NCBI GenBank assembly: GCA_000002445.1
Contig: AE017150.2
Coordinates: 864,001-928,000, forward strand
Direction: 5' to 3'
Length of the DNA: 64,000 bases
From: Trypanosoma brucei
Taxonomy: Eukaryota
This document shows positions 20,008 to 31,260 of this stretch, piece by piece. A model generated the notes under the pieces. That model had not been told where the DNA came from. It searched no databases and saw only the letters and a list, made by a program, of their open reading frames with translations. Made by a program: the position numbers and the translations under genes. The first letter of the stretch is position 1. Each line of letters opens with the position of its first letter.

Positions 20008-21240
20008 TCACTTGTGTTGAAGCCTGAGAGCCATTGGTGGAGTCGGTGGCACGCGCAGAGTCACGCCTTTTGCGCCTGTCTCCTGGTGAACTGGCTTCCC
20101 TCGGGTACCACCCGGTGCAAGTAGAGACCCGGAGTTGGCTTCTTCTGTTACGCAGCGGTTTTGTGAACCACGAGCCACGCCAGCTCCGTCCACACACTCC
20201 GTTTTTGTTAGTAATACCTCTCCTTTGACCAATATTGCCTCCTCCAACTGCCGTACCCACTGTAAAAGATACTGAACTTGCGCAACCAACTGGGACTGAC
20301 GCTCCTCCAACCGCGTGGTAGCTTCGTCGTGCTGAAGTTTCAGTGCATGGAAAGCTACCTCTAGCTCCTCACATCGAGCTTCCGCCCGCGTTGCACGCTC
20401 CTGAGCATCCCGAAGGGCTGACTGCATGAAATCCAAACGTGAGTCGATGACTGATGGTTCCCTCCCCACAGAATCGAGCGTAGTCGTACCCTCCGCCTTC
20501 CGGGCGAGGGACACAACCACGGAAGATGCCCTTGAGTTTGAGGGCGCTGACCGGTTCGAGGGCCTTCGCACACTCTCTGAAGGCGCGGCATAACTCTTGC
20601 CCGACACTCTTTGAGTGTGAGCATCAGATCCCGTACTTCCAACACGTTTCAAACCTTCCTGCTGCGGGCGCCTCGGATTATCGGCGCTCGAGCTGCGGGT
20701 AACACGACGTGGCTCTGTGACCGGGTCACTTACGACAGGCTTTTTGCGCGGGGTTGGAGTCCTCCGATTCCACCCCGGCTTTGCCGGCGACTCGTCACGG
20801 CGGGGCGGACGTGGTGAGGGAGGTCGAAGGCCTTTACCCCGATGTCTCTGGTCTTCCCGCTGCTCCAGAGAAGTGCCAATTGGCGTTCGGCATTTTGCTT
20901 TTGTGCACTCGCTTTGTGGTAGTGCACCCGCGACGGCAGCCGTCTCCCTCGTCGGAGCATCACAGTGCTTATGGACGCTGCGCAGGAGCTCTTCGATGTG
21001 AGCCATCCGTGCGGCGCTGTCAAGTATTGCTGTTTCGGCGCAAGCAACACTCTCAAGCACGCGGCCAGGGTGCGCTGTTTGATAGTGATCGGTCAGTATA
21101 CTGCCAGTCGAAGGCAGTGCAGGGGGTTTTCCCCAGAGGGAGCGAGCTGCGGTGACGGATGTAGGCGTTGGCTCAAGCAGTGGGACCCGCACGACGGGGG
21201 GTGGGGGAGCCACACCTCTTGTTGCCATGCCGCTCCTCAC
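20008..21240 (-). CDS. hypothetical Ser/Arg/Pro-rich protein with C-terminal coiled coil
   Basis: 410-aa ORF. It has an RS/RP-rich N-terminal and middle region, and a C-terminal heptad region (LRDAQERATRAEARCEELEVAFHALKLQHDEATTRLEERQSQLVAQVQYLLQWVRQLEE). Confidence 0.4.
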   Translation of the reverse strand: MRSGMATRGVAPPPPVVRVPLLEPTPTSVTAARSLWGKPPALPSTGSILTDHYQTAHPGRVLESVACAETAILDSAARMAHIEELLRSVHKHCDAPTRETAAVAGALPQSECTKAKCRTPIGTSLEQREDQRHRGKGLRPPSPRPPRRDESPAKPGWNRRTPTPRKKPVVSDPVTEPRRVTRSSSADNPRRPQQEGLKRVGSTGSDAHTQRVSGKSYAAPSESVRRPSNRSAPSNSRASSVVVSLARKAEGTTTLDSVGREPSVIDSRLDFMQSALRDAQERATRAEARCEELEVAFHALKLQHDEATTRLEERQSQLVAQVQYLLQWVRQLEEAILVKGEVLLTKTECVDGAGVARGSQNRCVTEEANSGSLLAPGGTRGKPVHQETGAKGVTLRVPPTPPMALRLQHK

Positions 21241-22018
21241 CGTATCTGTGTCCGTTTCGATCCCCTTGCGATGCTAGGAAACCTTGAAAACTTTACCCTC
21301 AAATTATCGGTGCATCGATACGAGCAAATGGGATAGAGAGAATCGCATCGCTAGTAAGTCAAGTGGCAGTGGCACCTCCGGTAAGCGAAAGAAACAACGA
21401 GTCGCTCACCCCGAGAATTTGGACGCAAAGACAGAATGAAACAAAATGGAGAGCAACCCGATCTCCCGTGTCTTCATCAAACGGAGCAGGGTCAATATAT
21501 ACGGAGATGGAAGAAGTGATAAATGAACGGTTGTTGTTGTGCCTTTTGCAGCAGTCCATGGTGGGGTTCGCCCCGACTGGTTCGAACAGAGCGGAGAATA
21601 AGTAAGAGCACCCCTCCTACTATTCCGTCTATGTCCTTAAAACTTCCAACCCAAGTGCTCCACACCCACATACCCTCATGCACCATCTCATTTCAACTAA
21701 TTACGTCTCATCCCCCTGCCACGAATATACAGGAATATAAAGCAATCTCAACCATTACCCTCACTTCCCATCGCTGTCCACCCGTTCTGAACGGACGCGG
21801 ATCAAAATCGGACTCACAGAAGCTTTGCAGAGGCACCGCAATTCAGTCCCAGCGAATATGTTGGCGCAGAAACCACGCAGGGAACCCGAAGAAATGAACC
21901 GCACCCACCTAACCCTCTTCTCGGAGACTGGTGACAGGTCGAAACCGGGTCCCTGCCGCGGTTACAAGCATGCAAAAAAAAAAGGAAAAGGAAGAAACAA
22001 CTTCTATGTGCACCTCTT

Positions 22019-23572
22019 TTATACTACATGTGCGCTCTGGTCATCCAACTGCGTAATAGCAGCAACTGGGTCGTCGCTGCTCATGGTCGCTTGAGACCTT
22101 GGAGAGGTGAGATGCGATAAAAGGTTTGCCAGGGCTTTGCACCAGATATCGGCCTTCGATTTGGATTCCGTGCTTAGCCTCAGAAGCCTTCTCGAAGTTT
22201 TCACGAGCAACGTATGCGGAGTGCGTGGGGCGCGAGTGGGACTTCTGCATTCAACTTCCTCTGATTCACATGTTTCTTTGTAGCACACGCGGGTGATATG
22301 ATCTAACCTAATTTTCCTAGCGAATGTCGTCTCAAAGGTCTCCCAATGCGCCCATAAAAGGAATAAATTCACAATATCCACCCATACCCACCGCGGAGAG
22401 CAGGTGCCCGCCCTGCTGCTCCACTTGTAGAACCAGTCACCGCCACATAGCAAAGACACAGGCGCATAGGTGGTCAGCCTCAACTCATCAACCGGAAGCC
22501 TAGTCAGGGCGTTAGGACGCAGAGAAACCGTGCCTACGCCCCCCTGAGCACCCGGCAATGGTGACACCTGCAGTGGAGCTGGTAAGGGCTTTGGTTCCTC
22601 CGCTTCAAGAAACAGCTCCCCTGATTGTAGTCTGTCACCCTCCAGCTTACCCGTGTCTCTAGAAATTGTATTCTGTAGGTGCTGCACCCGCTCACCGCGA
22701 CGTGGTGTGTCAAGTGAAAAAATGGGGCAAACGGCAAGGCTATCTGCATGGCCAGTGCGGGAAACCGGCGTACAGTTGGGGCTGTCGTAGCGCAAAGGCT
22801 GAACACACGCTTCCTCAAGGGGTTGACGATGGACTAACCTCACAACGCACCGCCCGGGTGAGCCGAACCTGCGCATGCTCAAATCATTGGTGTTTTCCCC
22901 CGATGGGTTGAAGCACGCTTCAGGCTTGCTGTAAGAAAGCTGCGGTACTGTTCGGCCGATGGGAAATTCGTCATAAAGTGCAGTAACAGTGTTAATCGCA
23001 CCCCTTTCGCCATTGACGGAAGAATAAAGACTGTTTGTCCGATGACATGCAGCCTCCCAGCGGCTCCCTTCACAATTACCGTTTCCACGGGGGTTACCGT
23101 GAGGTGATATGGGGAAGCTACAGTACCCCGTATCCGTGCTTAGCATTGTAAATCTTCTCCGGTTGCTGTCACTGTCCGGGTACGTGCTAACATTAATGAC
23201 TAAGCACGGCACACAGCGGTCATCCTCCGCACCTCCCCGGGTGGGCTCCGCTGAGTGAGCAGACGAATTGCAGGTGCGGGTAACCTCCGGCACCGCATCA
23301 ACTGCTTCTTGAGCACGGGGGCGATTTCCCGACACCAAATCCTTTGGGGACGTGGCAGACGATGCCCTTCTCGTTTCTGTTCCTTCGATTGCCTGCACTT
23401 GTTCATCCGTTGCTGCGCCTGCAGGAGGAGAACAGGATATGGTGACTGCGGCGTTGGGCGCGTTGCGCCGCCGACGCCTCTCCAATATCTTCTCTAGGTG
23501 TGCCTCGTGTACGGCGTCCATATCTCCACCGAGAAAGACATGGTTCGTTGTTGTTAAAATGATGGACACCAC
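22019..23572 (-). CDS. hypothetical protein (517 aa)
   Basis: Long ORF in PTU orientation. No confident domain. A possible PH-like segment is ...KETCESEEVECRSPTRAPRTPHTLLVKTSRRLLRLSTESKSKADIWCKALANLL. Confidence 0.4.
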   Translation of the reverse strand: MVSIILTTTNHVFLGGDMDAVHEAHLEKILERRRRRNAPNAAVTISCSPPAGAATDEQVQAIEGTETRRASSATSPKDLVSGNRPRAQEAVDAVPEVTRTCNSSAHSAEPTRGGAEDDRCVPCLVINVSTYPDSDSNRRRFTMLSTDTGYCSFPISPHGNPRGNGNCEGSRWEAACHRTNSLYSSVNGERGAINTVTALYDEFPIGRTVPQLSYSKPEACFNPSGENTNDLSMRRFGSPGRCVVRLVHRQPLEEACVQPLRYDSPNCTPVSRTGHADSLAVCPIFSLDTPRRGERVQHLQNTISRDTGKLEGDRLQSGELFLEAEEPKPLPAPLQVSPLPGAQGGVGTVSLRPNALTRLPVDELRLTTYAPVSLLCGGDWFYKWSSRAGTCSPRWVWVDIVNLFLLWAHWETFETTFARKIRLDHITRVCYKETCESEEVECRSPTRAPRTPHTLLVKTSRRLLRLSTESKSKADIWCKALANLLSHLTSPRSQATMSSDDPVAAITQLDDQSAHVV

Positions 23573-23784
23573 GAAAAAGAAAACACGAATAGGGTAATTC
23601 CCATTGGAGAATAAAACGATAATGCCACAATCGGGGGCGGGGTATTACCACATGCACAAGAAGTGGTGCAGAAGAAGGGGAAGAAAATGAGAGCCGCACT
23701 AAACCAGGGGATACCAAATTTTCACACGAGTGCGCACTGAAAAAAGAAAAAGAAAGAATCAAGCGATTGAAGTAGTTGAATGCA

Positions 23785-25971
23785 TCATTTCTCTTGTGCA
23801 AAGGACTGTTTGCCCGCTAGCCCATGGAAAAGATCAAAATCTTCCCTTGATTCCTCCATCTTCTCTTGCTCCGCCTTAGTGTTTCCGAAAGGCTTCCTAT
23901 CGCCAAACAGAAGAACCTTATCCCCCCGTTGTATCCCTGTGTCGGTTCCCGGGATGGTCCAGTAGGACTCCATATCCTCTGCAGCGCAGGGGGCGCGTAG
24001 AGCCCTCGGAACCTGGAAAGCGTCGACAAGGTTTACACACTGCGGCGCCATGACAGTAACAATGTTATCAAGATGGGAGCTGAGGATGCAGGATTTGCTG
24101 GGACTCATCATTTGTTGGGTGAGAAAGTAATCTAACCGGTCCTGCTGCCTGGAAAGGGCAAATATCCACCCCATGTCACGTAGTATTTTTCTCGCTCGAG
24201 GATCGGTACAGGCCTGGGTTTCGTCCATCATCACTTCCAGTGCGAACATTTCCATGTACGCTTCGCCGCAGTGCACCACCTGTTCGTGACGAAACATTAC
24301 CCAGTCGTACCATTGGTGCTCGGAGCCGCCTTTACGCCTTTCTATTTCACGGGATTGCCGTAGGCGCTTCTTCTCGCGGTAATGCTTGTGACTAAAAAAA
24401 ATCCGATGCCTTCCCAGATCCGCAATTCGTGGTGAATAAAAGGGGTTTTTAACGAACCTATCCAGCGCCGCAAACGACTGGAAACAACTGGAGAGCCACC
24501 AACCCCAATGGGTAGTGCCCACATTTTTGACGACCGATTTGAACGCCACCTCTCGAATAAGTGAAGAATGGTCCAACCCATCACGCCGCATCTGAACTGT
24601 TAAAAGGACGTCGCACGTTCCGGTGCTCCTGAGGGAGGAATGCACATCCATAAAATCATCCGCAAAACTCTTTAGAGTCGACAAATTATCCGTTAAGAAG
24701 TACAGGGTTCCGGCAAGTTTCATCTCATCTTCGTAGTCCGCCGGTTGTGCCTCTGGCTTCGTGAAGGCGGGAAGCACGCGCCGCCAGAGGGTCATGTAAA
24801 CGTACGATGTGCAGAGAAGCTTTACAAGAGGCGATTGGACATGTTGCACTCCAAAGACTGGGTAATTGCGTCGTCCATCAGGCCCCACCATCCACTTTTG
24901 TGCGACGTAGCGGACAATATTCGTCAAACTCCTCTTCAAGGTTCCAACGTAAAGTGCTCCGGATGCCAACCGCATTTGGCGGGTTAGTGCCTGTACGGAT
25001 GTGAGAGTGGCAGCACCACCCGCAAATACAAGTTTTCCATCAACAATCTCGGACGGAAGAAGTAGGGAAGTAACAGGGATGGTAACATTCTCGAAGTGAA
25101 GGACGCCCACGCCGGCAGCAGTCATGGCTTCATTCTCTCCATTAATCGGCCTCGCACTAACGCCCTTTTTCAGCACTCCACCCTCCCTTAGTTGCACTGC
25201 GAAAGCATGAATCCCCATGTTGTCATCCTTGTTAAGCGTAAGGGTGGCAGTAACAATAGCCCAGTCCGCACACACGGCACCCACAACAGCAAACTTTCCC
25301 GAACCGCGCAGTACAAAAACATTTTCGCCGCGGTTGTAGCGCGCTTCTGTGTTGAGAGGGACGCCTTCAGCAATGAGCTCTCTGTGGGCAATTGCCCCAA
25401 CAATGTGGCAACTGTCAACGTGGTCCAGCAGAAGTGCCTTCATTTCTTTCGACCCGTACAACGCTATCATTGCCGCGAAGGTGAAGTGGTCTGCAGCCAA
25501 CAGCGCAAGTGGGGTACAACACATTGCGATGACCTCATAGAAGGTACAAAACAACTGCGGGGTAGAGTTCACCTGCGCAAAAGAAAGAAGTCGCTTCTTG
25601 GCAATTGCACGAAGGAGCTGGACGGTTCGCTGAACAGAACTACCCTGGGACTGAGGCAGGTCATCACGCACGACAAAATTTGATGGGTTCCGGGGGAGCA
25701 CCTCCATTAAAGCCCGCCGCACCTCCTCCTTGTAGTCTATATCGATGCCCTCACAAATAAAGCGGAATGTTGGCTCCTCAAATGCATGTTCCATGCTGTA
25801 CATCTGCTGTGAAGGATTCAACTCGAAGTGCAGCTGAGGGGAACGATGGAACGTCCGCCGCTGAGCAGTTAGCGGCGCCTTCCAGCAACAGCTTTTAAGG
25901 CCCGTGTTCGCGTAAAGAAACCGATACACAATATTTGGGGGCAATTTTGAAAATAGACCCTTGCACATCAT
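23785..25971 (-). CDS. acyl-CoA oxidase/dehydrogenase family-like protein
   Basis: MGIHAFAVQLREGG...GVLHFENVTIPVTSLLL resembles the ACOX middle-domain blocks GxHAFIVxIRD and FxNVRIP. An ACOX-like C-terminal helical domain follows. The true start is probably at an internal Met (MYSMEHAFEE). Confidence 0.5.
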   Translation of the reverse strand: MMCKGLFSKLPPNIVYRFLYANTGLKSCCWKAPLTAQRRTFHRSPQLHFELNPSQQMYSMEHAFEEPTFRFICEGIDIDYKEEVRRALMEVLPRNPSNFVVRDDLPQSQGSSVQRTVQLLRAIAKKRLLSFAQVNSTPQLFCTFYEVIAMCCTPLALLAADHFTFAAMIALYGSKEMKALLLDHVDSCHIVGAIAHRELIAEGVPLNTEARYNRGENVFVLRGSGKFAVVGAVCADWAIVTATLTLNKDDNMGIHAFAVQLREGGVLKKGVSARPINGENEAMTAAGVGVLHFENVTIPVTSLLLPSEIVDGKLVFAGGAATLTSVQALTRQMRLASGALYVGTLKRSLTNIVRYVAQKWMVGPDGRRNYPVFGVQHVQSPLVKLLCTSYVYMTLWRRVLPAFTKPEAQPADYEDEMKLAGTLYFLTDNLSTLKSFADDFMDVHSSLRSTGTCDVLLTVQMRRDGLDHSSLIREVAFKSVVKNVGTTHWGWWLSSCFQSFAALDRFVKNPFYSPRIADLGRHRIFFSHKHYREKKRLRQSREIERRKGGSEHQWYDWVMFRHEQVVHCGEAYMEMFALEVMMDETQACTDPRARKILRDMGWIFALSRQQDRLDYFLTQQMMSPSKSCILSSHLDNIVTVMAPQCVNLVDAFQVPRALRAPCAAEDMESYWTIPGTDTGIQRGDKVLLFGDRKPFGNTKAEQEKMEESREDFDLFHGLAGKQSFAQEK

Positions 25972-26405
25972 CTTCCTGGCCAGACAGGTCTACCGATAGC
26001 TGCACAAAAGTTTTGAGGGAGAACGTACTCATGGGTACGTACACAAAGTGGTGAAGAACAAGTAATTAAAAAAGTGTAACACCCCAAACCATACCACTGA
26101 CCCGGTTTGGGCGCTGACCCCTGCCCTTATTCTTATCTCCCACCAAATCTAGGCGGGTCAACCAATTCCCGCTGCCTCGCTTTAAAACTCTTACCCTTTC
26201 CTTATTCGTAAGGAGGGAATGGATAATGCAAAACGAGGATATACATACACCGCCCATTATTGCTTTCCTTCCCCTCGAACACGTGCTCCTATGTGATACA
26301 TATGATATTGTGACTCCTATTTCCCTTGCCTTGCCACAATTTTGGCTAAGCTTACCTTGACTCGGCATTCCCCAAGCAGACTACGTAGACACCTCGCTGC
26401 CACAC

Positions 26406-28553
26406 TTACTCTATGTCCATCTCGTACCACTCGGAGTTGCCCGCCCAGTCTTCCGATGTCATGCGAGGATTGGGAACCGACAGGTCTGCTCGAGAAGCAT
26501 TATGTGGGTTGCGATTTACCGTTGGAAGCTGCTTCGCTGGTTGTATCTGTTTTGTCGTGGTTCGACCGCCAATAAGCAGGACACAACTAGCATCGACAGC
26601 TACCAACCCTGAGTTTTCCTTCACAGTTTTTACGCGCACAAAAAGGGTAGTGTTAAATACCTGTTCCACACGACCAGTCTGGCCGTCGAGATGATACGGA
26701 GAGCTGTCGTCATTCTGTATAATCACCTCAGATCCACGGGTAATCATGTTAGCCAGCTGGTCCGTGGTTTGGCGCCGCCCAGTGAGGACTGGCTTGATCT
26801 GTGTGGTTGACAAGTAGCGCGTCTCCATCCGATCTGTCAAGACGCATACGTCGTTGCGGTTTAGGCGCACAACACAAGCGACGGATGAGGAATCCGGCAG
26901 CATCACTAGATCAAATAGTTTCCATGACCCCGAAGTATGGCCGAAGGAGCCAACGAGATTGCTCCGATGACAGTCATCTGCACGAACCACCAACTCGCGT
27001 GTAGCAGTAGCCCTATCGGAGAACACATGTACAACATCACCCAGCGCCTTCACCACCGTGCCACTTTCACCAGCATGCACACCCCCATCGATAACGACAT
27101 GGGTCCCCTCGGTGAAGTGCTTCACACACAGTGGAAGCTCGACCCGAAGCTTTATTGTCTCGCCCCTCATGGGAACCCGACATGACAAGGCAACCGTATT
27201 TGTGTCCAGAAAAATATTTTCTATTGTCCCCACAGTTTCGCGCAGCTGTCCAGATACCACCCGCACCATGTCACCAATGCGCAGCCCCGCTGAGCCACGA
27301 CCGTTGGAGGCGAAATGGGAAGCAGCCTCACGCACCCTGTTAAGGTCGCTGCTAAAGAAGGCAGCTAACTCCTCTACTGTGGGCTTCTCCATCTTAACCC
27401 CACTTATAACCTGGCTGAGGGACACGCTGAGGTGAAGGTATCCTTCGCCATCAAAAATGAGGTCACCCCACGCGTACATTTCACCCCGGTTATGAGCTCC
27501 TACGGCAAGATTTGGGACAAATAAGCGTTGGGGCATTCGCACCTCAGGTTTGTTGCAAGTTTTTCCAACGAAGTCCTCCCGAGGAACCACTTTAACCGTC
27601 ACGCGTCGAGAGGCTGAGTCAACGGCAATTACCTGCGCGATATCCAGGCGGTATTGACGCCGCCGCAGCCGAACAAAGGAGCCTACACGAATCTTATCCT
27701 CTGAGGGCCGATGTTCCATCATCTGCATCAGCTCTGAAGGATTTACTAGAGAAATATTGCTTCGAAACAGGCCAACTAACCCGTTGATTGCATTCTCTAC
27801 AAACGCTTTGCGGTGTGATTCAATATATATATATTCTTTCACGTGATCGAAGCAAAACACCGAAATAATACCCAGGTCAACTTTTCGCTTCTCATAATTG
27901 CGACCTATACGAAAAGCGTAGCATTTGTTTACTAATCGGGCGACAAGCACACGAGCCATGCGAGGGCGACACTTAACAGCGAAAACTTTGGGATCCGTAT
28001 CCTGCGGCAGCAAATGCGAAGCATAACGTAGTGACGACAGCTTCCCTTTAGGAATACCAGAAGACAAAAGCGCTTCTGTTCGGTTCGCTTTTTTCCTACC
28101 AGAGCGGTACCGTTCTTCAATAGCACGCGCTACCTCTTCGGCTGTCATGTCCTCTTCTCCCTCAAGAAAGATGTGTCGTTTCCCTCCTTCGCGCATCGCC
28201 ATCGGACCACCATAGACGTCACTTTCGCTGTCCTCATCACTTCCAACAACAAAACCATCGTCAGATTCCGTTTCCCCGCTCTCTGCAGCATCAATAACAA
28301 ACTTGGATCGCACCCTTGGGTTCACGCCATCGCTCTTTCTCCCTCCCGAATGCTTAATACGTGATTTGGCCCCATGACGCGAACGCTTCCTCCTTTTATG
28401 TTTCCTGCTCTCTTCTCTTTCCTGCTGTTCTTTCTTGTAAACTTCGTCATAACTACCTTCTACTTCTGAGGGGTCGGAGGGAACCACAAGGTCCATTGGT
28501 TCATGGTCTGCAAGGAGATCAGCGAGTTCCTTTACACCTAGTTCGTCGGACAT
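26406..28553 (-). CDS. SPT5: transcription elongation factor SPT5
   Basis: There is an acidic N-terminus and an NGN domain (FAVKCRPRMARVLVARLVNKCYAFRIGRNYEKRKVDLGIISVFCFDHVKEYIYIESHRKAFVENAINGLVG). Multiple KOW-like motifs are present (GDMVRVVSGQLRETVGTI, GTHVVIDGGVHAGESGTVV, GSEVIIQNDDSSPYHLDGQTGRV). Confidence 0.8.
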   Translation of the reverse strand: MSDELGVKELADLLADHEPMDLVVPSDPSEVEGSYDEVYKKEQQEREESRKHKRRKRSRHGAKSRIKHSGGRKSDGVNPRVRSKFVIDAAESGETESDDGFVVGSDEDSESDVYGGPMAMREGGKRHIFLEGEEDMTAEEVARAIEERYRSGRKKANRTEALLSSGIPKGKLSSLRYASHLLPQDTDPKVFAVKCRPRMARVLVARLVNKCYAFRIGRNYEKRKVDLGIISVFCFDHVKEYIYIESHRKAFVENAINGLVGLFRSNISLVNPSELMQMMEHRPSEDKIRVGSFVRLRRRQYRLDIAQVIAVDSASRRVTVKVVPREDFVGKTCNKPEVRMPQRLFVPNLAVGAHNRGEMYAWGDLIFDGEGYLHLSVSLSQVISGVKMEKPTVEELAAFFSSDLNRVREAASHFASNGRGSAGLRIGDMVRVVSGQLRETVGTIENIFLDTNTVALSCRVPMRGETIKLRVELPLCVKHFTEGTHVVIDGGVHAGESGTVVKALGDVVHVFSDRATATRELVVRADDCHRSNLVGSFGHTSGSWKLFDLVMLPDSSSVACVVRLNRNDVCVLTDRMETRYLSTTQIKPVLTGRRQTTDQLANMITRGSEVIIQNDDSSPYHLDGQTGRVEQVFNTTLFVRVKTVKENSGLVAVDASCVLLIGGRTTTKQIQPAKQLPTVNRNPHNASRADLSVPNPRMTSEDWAGNSEWYEMDIE

Positions 28554-28874
28554 ACTTCGTGACTACAACAAGGAAGGGTCAAAGTCAAATATATATATAT
28601 ATTAAAAGGCTATGCAGGAAAAAAAAAAAGTAGTTTTTTTTCTTTTGTTCACAACCTAGAACGCGGCGAGCGAGTCAACCTCTTTATTCATCATGACCGT
28701 ATCATATGCCCCAATATTCCACATTGTACAAATTGGTACTGCTGCCGCAGCCCCACACACCTCGTGCTTCATCGAACGAGAGCCTCTCAGTGGGAAATGG
28801 CACCGGGATAACAAATGCGAATGATCATGGTGGTACTCAGAACAATCAACGAGACCCCATGTGCTCAGAGTGCT

Positions 28875-29408
28875 CTATAAACTAACCTCCGCAAGCAAGC
28901 CAACTCCCTGTCCGTGATGGAACTTTCCAGCCCAACGTTTCCCCTTTGCATCGATATATGTCCCTTTACCATGCATTTTGTTGTTTTCCCACTGCCCCTC
29001 GTAGCGGGAGCCATCAGGCCAAGTATACGTTCCCGTCCCCCAAAACGAGTTTGCGTACATACTACCCTCATATGTGGCGCCGCTGGGAAACCGTAGCAGA
29101 CCCTCCCCAGTCATGTCACCCTCAACCCAGCAACCGTCGTACACCAAACCGCCAGCATCTTTAAAAACGCCCTTCCCATGGTGAAAAGGTATGGGAGGGG
29201 GAAGTTCCTGCTGTTGTGCATTGCGCGTCGTTGGTGGGTGGGCAGATGGGAATTGTGATTTAGCCGTTCCATCAGCATTCGACTCACGGCGACAGAACTT
29301 TCCTTCGTACATACTTCCATCAGCAAAGCGGAAGGCACCAAACTCCTCTTCATCTCGGTGCTCTTCCTTCTTTCTCTTCATTCTGTCAGCGTCCCTCTGC
29401 ATGATCAA
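28875..29408 (-). CDS. MORN-repeat protein
   Basis: Tandem YEGxxxxxxxxGxGxxxxxxG units, for example SMYEGKFCRRESNADGT, GGLVYDGCWVEGDMTGEGLLRFPSGATYEGSMYANSFWGTGTYTWPDGSRYEGQWENNKMHGKGTY. Confidence 0.75.
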   Translation of the reverse strand: MIMQRDADRMKRKKEEHRDEEEFGAFRFADGSMYEGKFCRRESNADGTAKSQFPSAHPPTTRNAQQQELPPPIPFHHGKGVFKDAGGLVYDGCWVEGDMTGEGLLRFPSGATYEGSMYANSFWGTGTYTWPDGSRYEGQWENNKMHGKGTYIDAKGKRWAGKFHHGQGVGLLAEVSL

Positions 29409-30052
29409 CTCACTTTAGATGTGCTTTTTTTTCTCCCTTTGGCACTCTGTGGTCCCCCTGATCTATCGTCGCTTCCGTAGCACAACTTGTGCGGGTGGGT
29501 TGGTACAAAACCGGTAGTACTTGTGCACAACGAGAATTTCACTAAGTTGGAAAGAACTTATTGCTGCATTCGATTCGCACGGAACCCCACAGCAAAGACA
29601 TTATATATTTTTTTGAGAAAAAATAAAGGAAGTGCTTAGCTGCTGTGAGGATGTTAGGAACGTCGTTTCATGAAACGAAGCAGCAAAAATATAAAATTAT
29701 ATTTGCTGCTTTGCGCAAAACAACCGCGCCGTCTTGAAAAAGTGCGAGCGCACTGTGGAAAAAAAGAAAAGAAAAACGGTGAAGTGGGAAGATTTAAAAA
29801 AAAAAAAGTAAAACAGCTTCAAAAATAAGGAAGTTCATACAACAACTAAATGAGGTTTGAGGACTGCCAACACTACCTGATGCCCACTTGTAAAATCCCA
29901 TAGCAAACACTGAGCGCCCTCCTCCACCCCCTAACCAGTTCCGTTCTCTGCGTTACGTGTTAGGAAGAAGCGCTTATCAACCCATGTTGAGGTACAGCAA
30001 GCTACATACGTGGGTAACGCAATGCAAGCCAAGACACAAAACCGCGCCTCAC

Positions 30053-31012
30053 TCATAATTTTACATTACTCGAATGATCGTCGGCAAAGCCATCTTCTAC
30101 CCTCTTCAAAAAGGAACTTTTAAACTGAACGATGATGACGGTCATATTATCCGCGCCAGGAGCAGCCGACACAGGAGCCAGGCAAGAGTCCATCAACCGT
30201 TCACATGCCAGCGAAAGATCGCCGTGGTCTCCCACCTCCTCTCGAATAAATTTAACAACCCTTTCGTTAGAAAACTTCTCCCACACGCCATCGCAAGCGA
30301 TAACAACGAACTCATCCTGAGGCGTGAGCTTCACGTGAAGAACATCTGGAACCGCGCTTATCGCTTGATCCTCAGGTTTTAAATGGTGGTCCTTAAATGC
30401 AAAATCACCTAAAGCGCGGCTCAACGACAGTATACCATTTACACGCCCGTTTCGAACGTAACATCCTGCTTTTTTTATCCGCTCCTTTTCCCTGAGAAGA
30501 GTAGGTTTATGATCCTCGCTTAGAGGTAAGGGAACCCCTCCCCGACACATAACCGCACGGCTATCGCCAACATTACCGCAGTATAAATTATTCTGCACTA
30601 GCACTATGCAATTCCCCGTGCAGCCACTCTGCTCATGAGGCATACTCCTCCGAATAGCTGCATCGCCCGAAATGAAGGCTTCAAAAATCGCGTTTTCTAC
30701 ATTTCCCGAAACAAACGACTCACTTGAAGTTATCCATCTCGCCATATGTGTTGCAGCGAACTGAGCCGTTTTGCATCCCGAGTGTCCATCAAAGACTGCT
30801 GCCATAGCAGCGTCATGAGGAGATATATGAAGGGGAAGATTTGGTAGGGAAAGGTGAATGGCGTGGGCATCTTCCATTGTGCTCCTCCATCCCTGCATAC
30901 TACTTGTGCCCACACGAATTTTATCATCCTCCATCAAAATCGAATACTTATCTCTTACTGGTGTACATAGCACCGCCTGTGCATGAGAAGCATAGGCTCC
31001 AAATAAGTCCAT
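30053..31012 (-). CDS. protein phosphatase 2C (PPM family)
   Basis: GTSSMQGWRSTMEDAH, AAVFDGHSG, GCTGNCIVLV, VGDSRAVMC, SEDHKP, LSRALGDFAFK and VIACDGVWE are the canonical PP2C motifs, including the metal-binding aspartates. Confidence 0.9.
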   Translation of the reverse strand: MDLFGAYASHAQAVLCTPVRDKYSILMEDDKIRVGTSSMQGWRSTMEDAHAIHLSLPNLPLHISPHDAAMAAVFDGHSGCKTAQFAATHMARWITSSESFVSGNVENAIFEAFISGDAAIRRSMPHEQSGCTGNCIVLVQNNLYCGNVGDSRAVMCRGGVPLPLSEDHKPTLLREKERIKKAGCYVRNGRVNGILSLSRALGDFAFKDHHLKPEDQAISAVPDVLHVKLTPQDEFVVIACDGVWEKFSNERVVKFIREEVGDHGDLSLACERLMDSCLAPVSAAPGADNMTVIIVQFKSSFLKRVEDGFADDHSSNVKL

Positions 31013-31260
31013 TTTCTATTATCGTTCCTTTCTTGCTATACCAGTGCGCCTAGCTATAAGCTAGTGTCCCGAGAATAGAAAGGAAAAAACAAAGGAGAAA
31101 GCCGTATTGAAACGGACATCGGAAGCATACGCAATCCACGTCTCACAACTTATCATTCAAAAATGGAACGCAAACACAAAACGGTTTAATTCATGGGATA
31201 GAGGAAGCCCTCTTGTTAGTAACACCAATATCGTGGTTATTGAACTTCATCTCTTTTCTA

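Noticed and set aside
21560-21600. ggttcgaac string reminiscent of a tRNA T-arm
   Set aside because: No acceptor-stem or anticodon-arm complementarity could be found around it, so no tRNA is supported.
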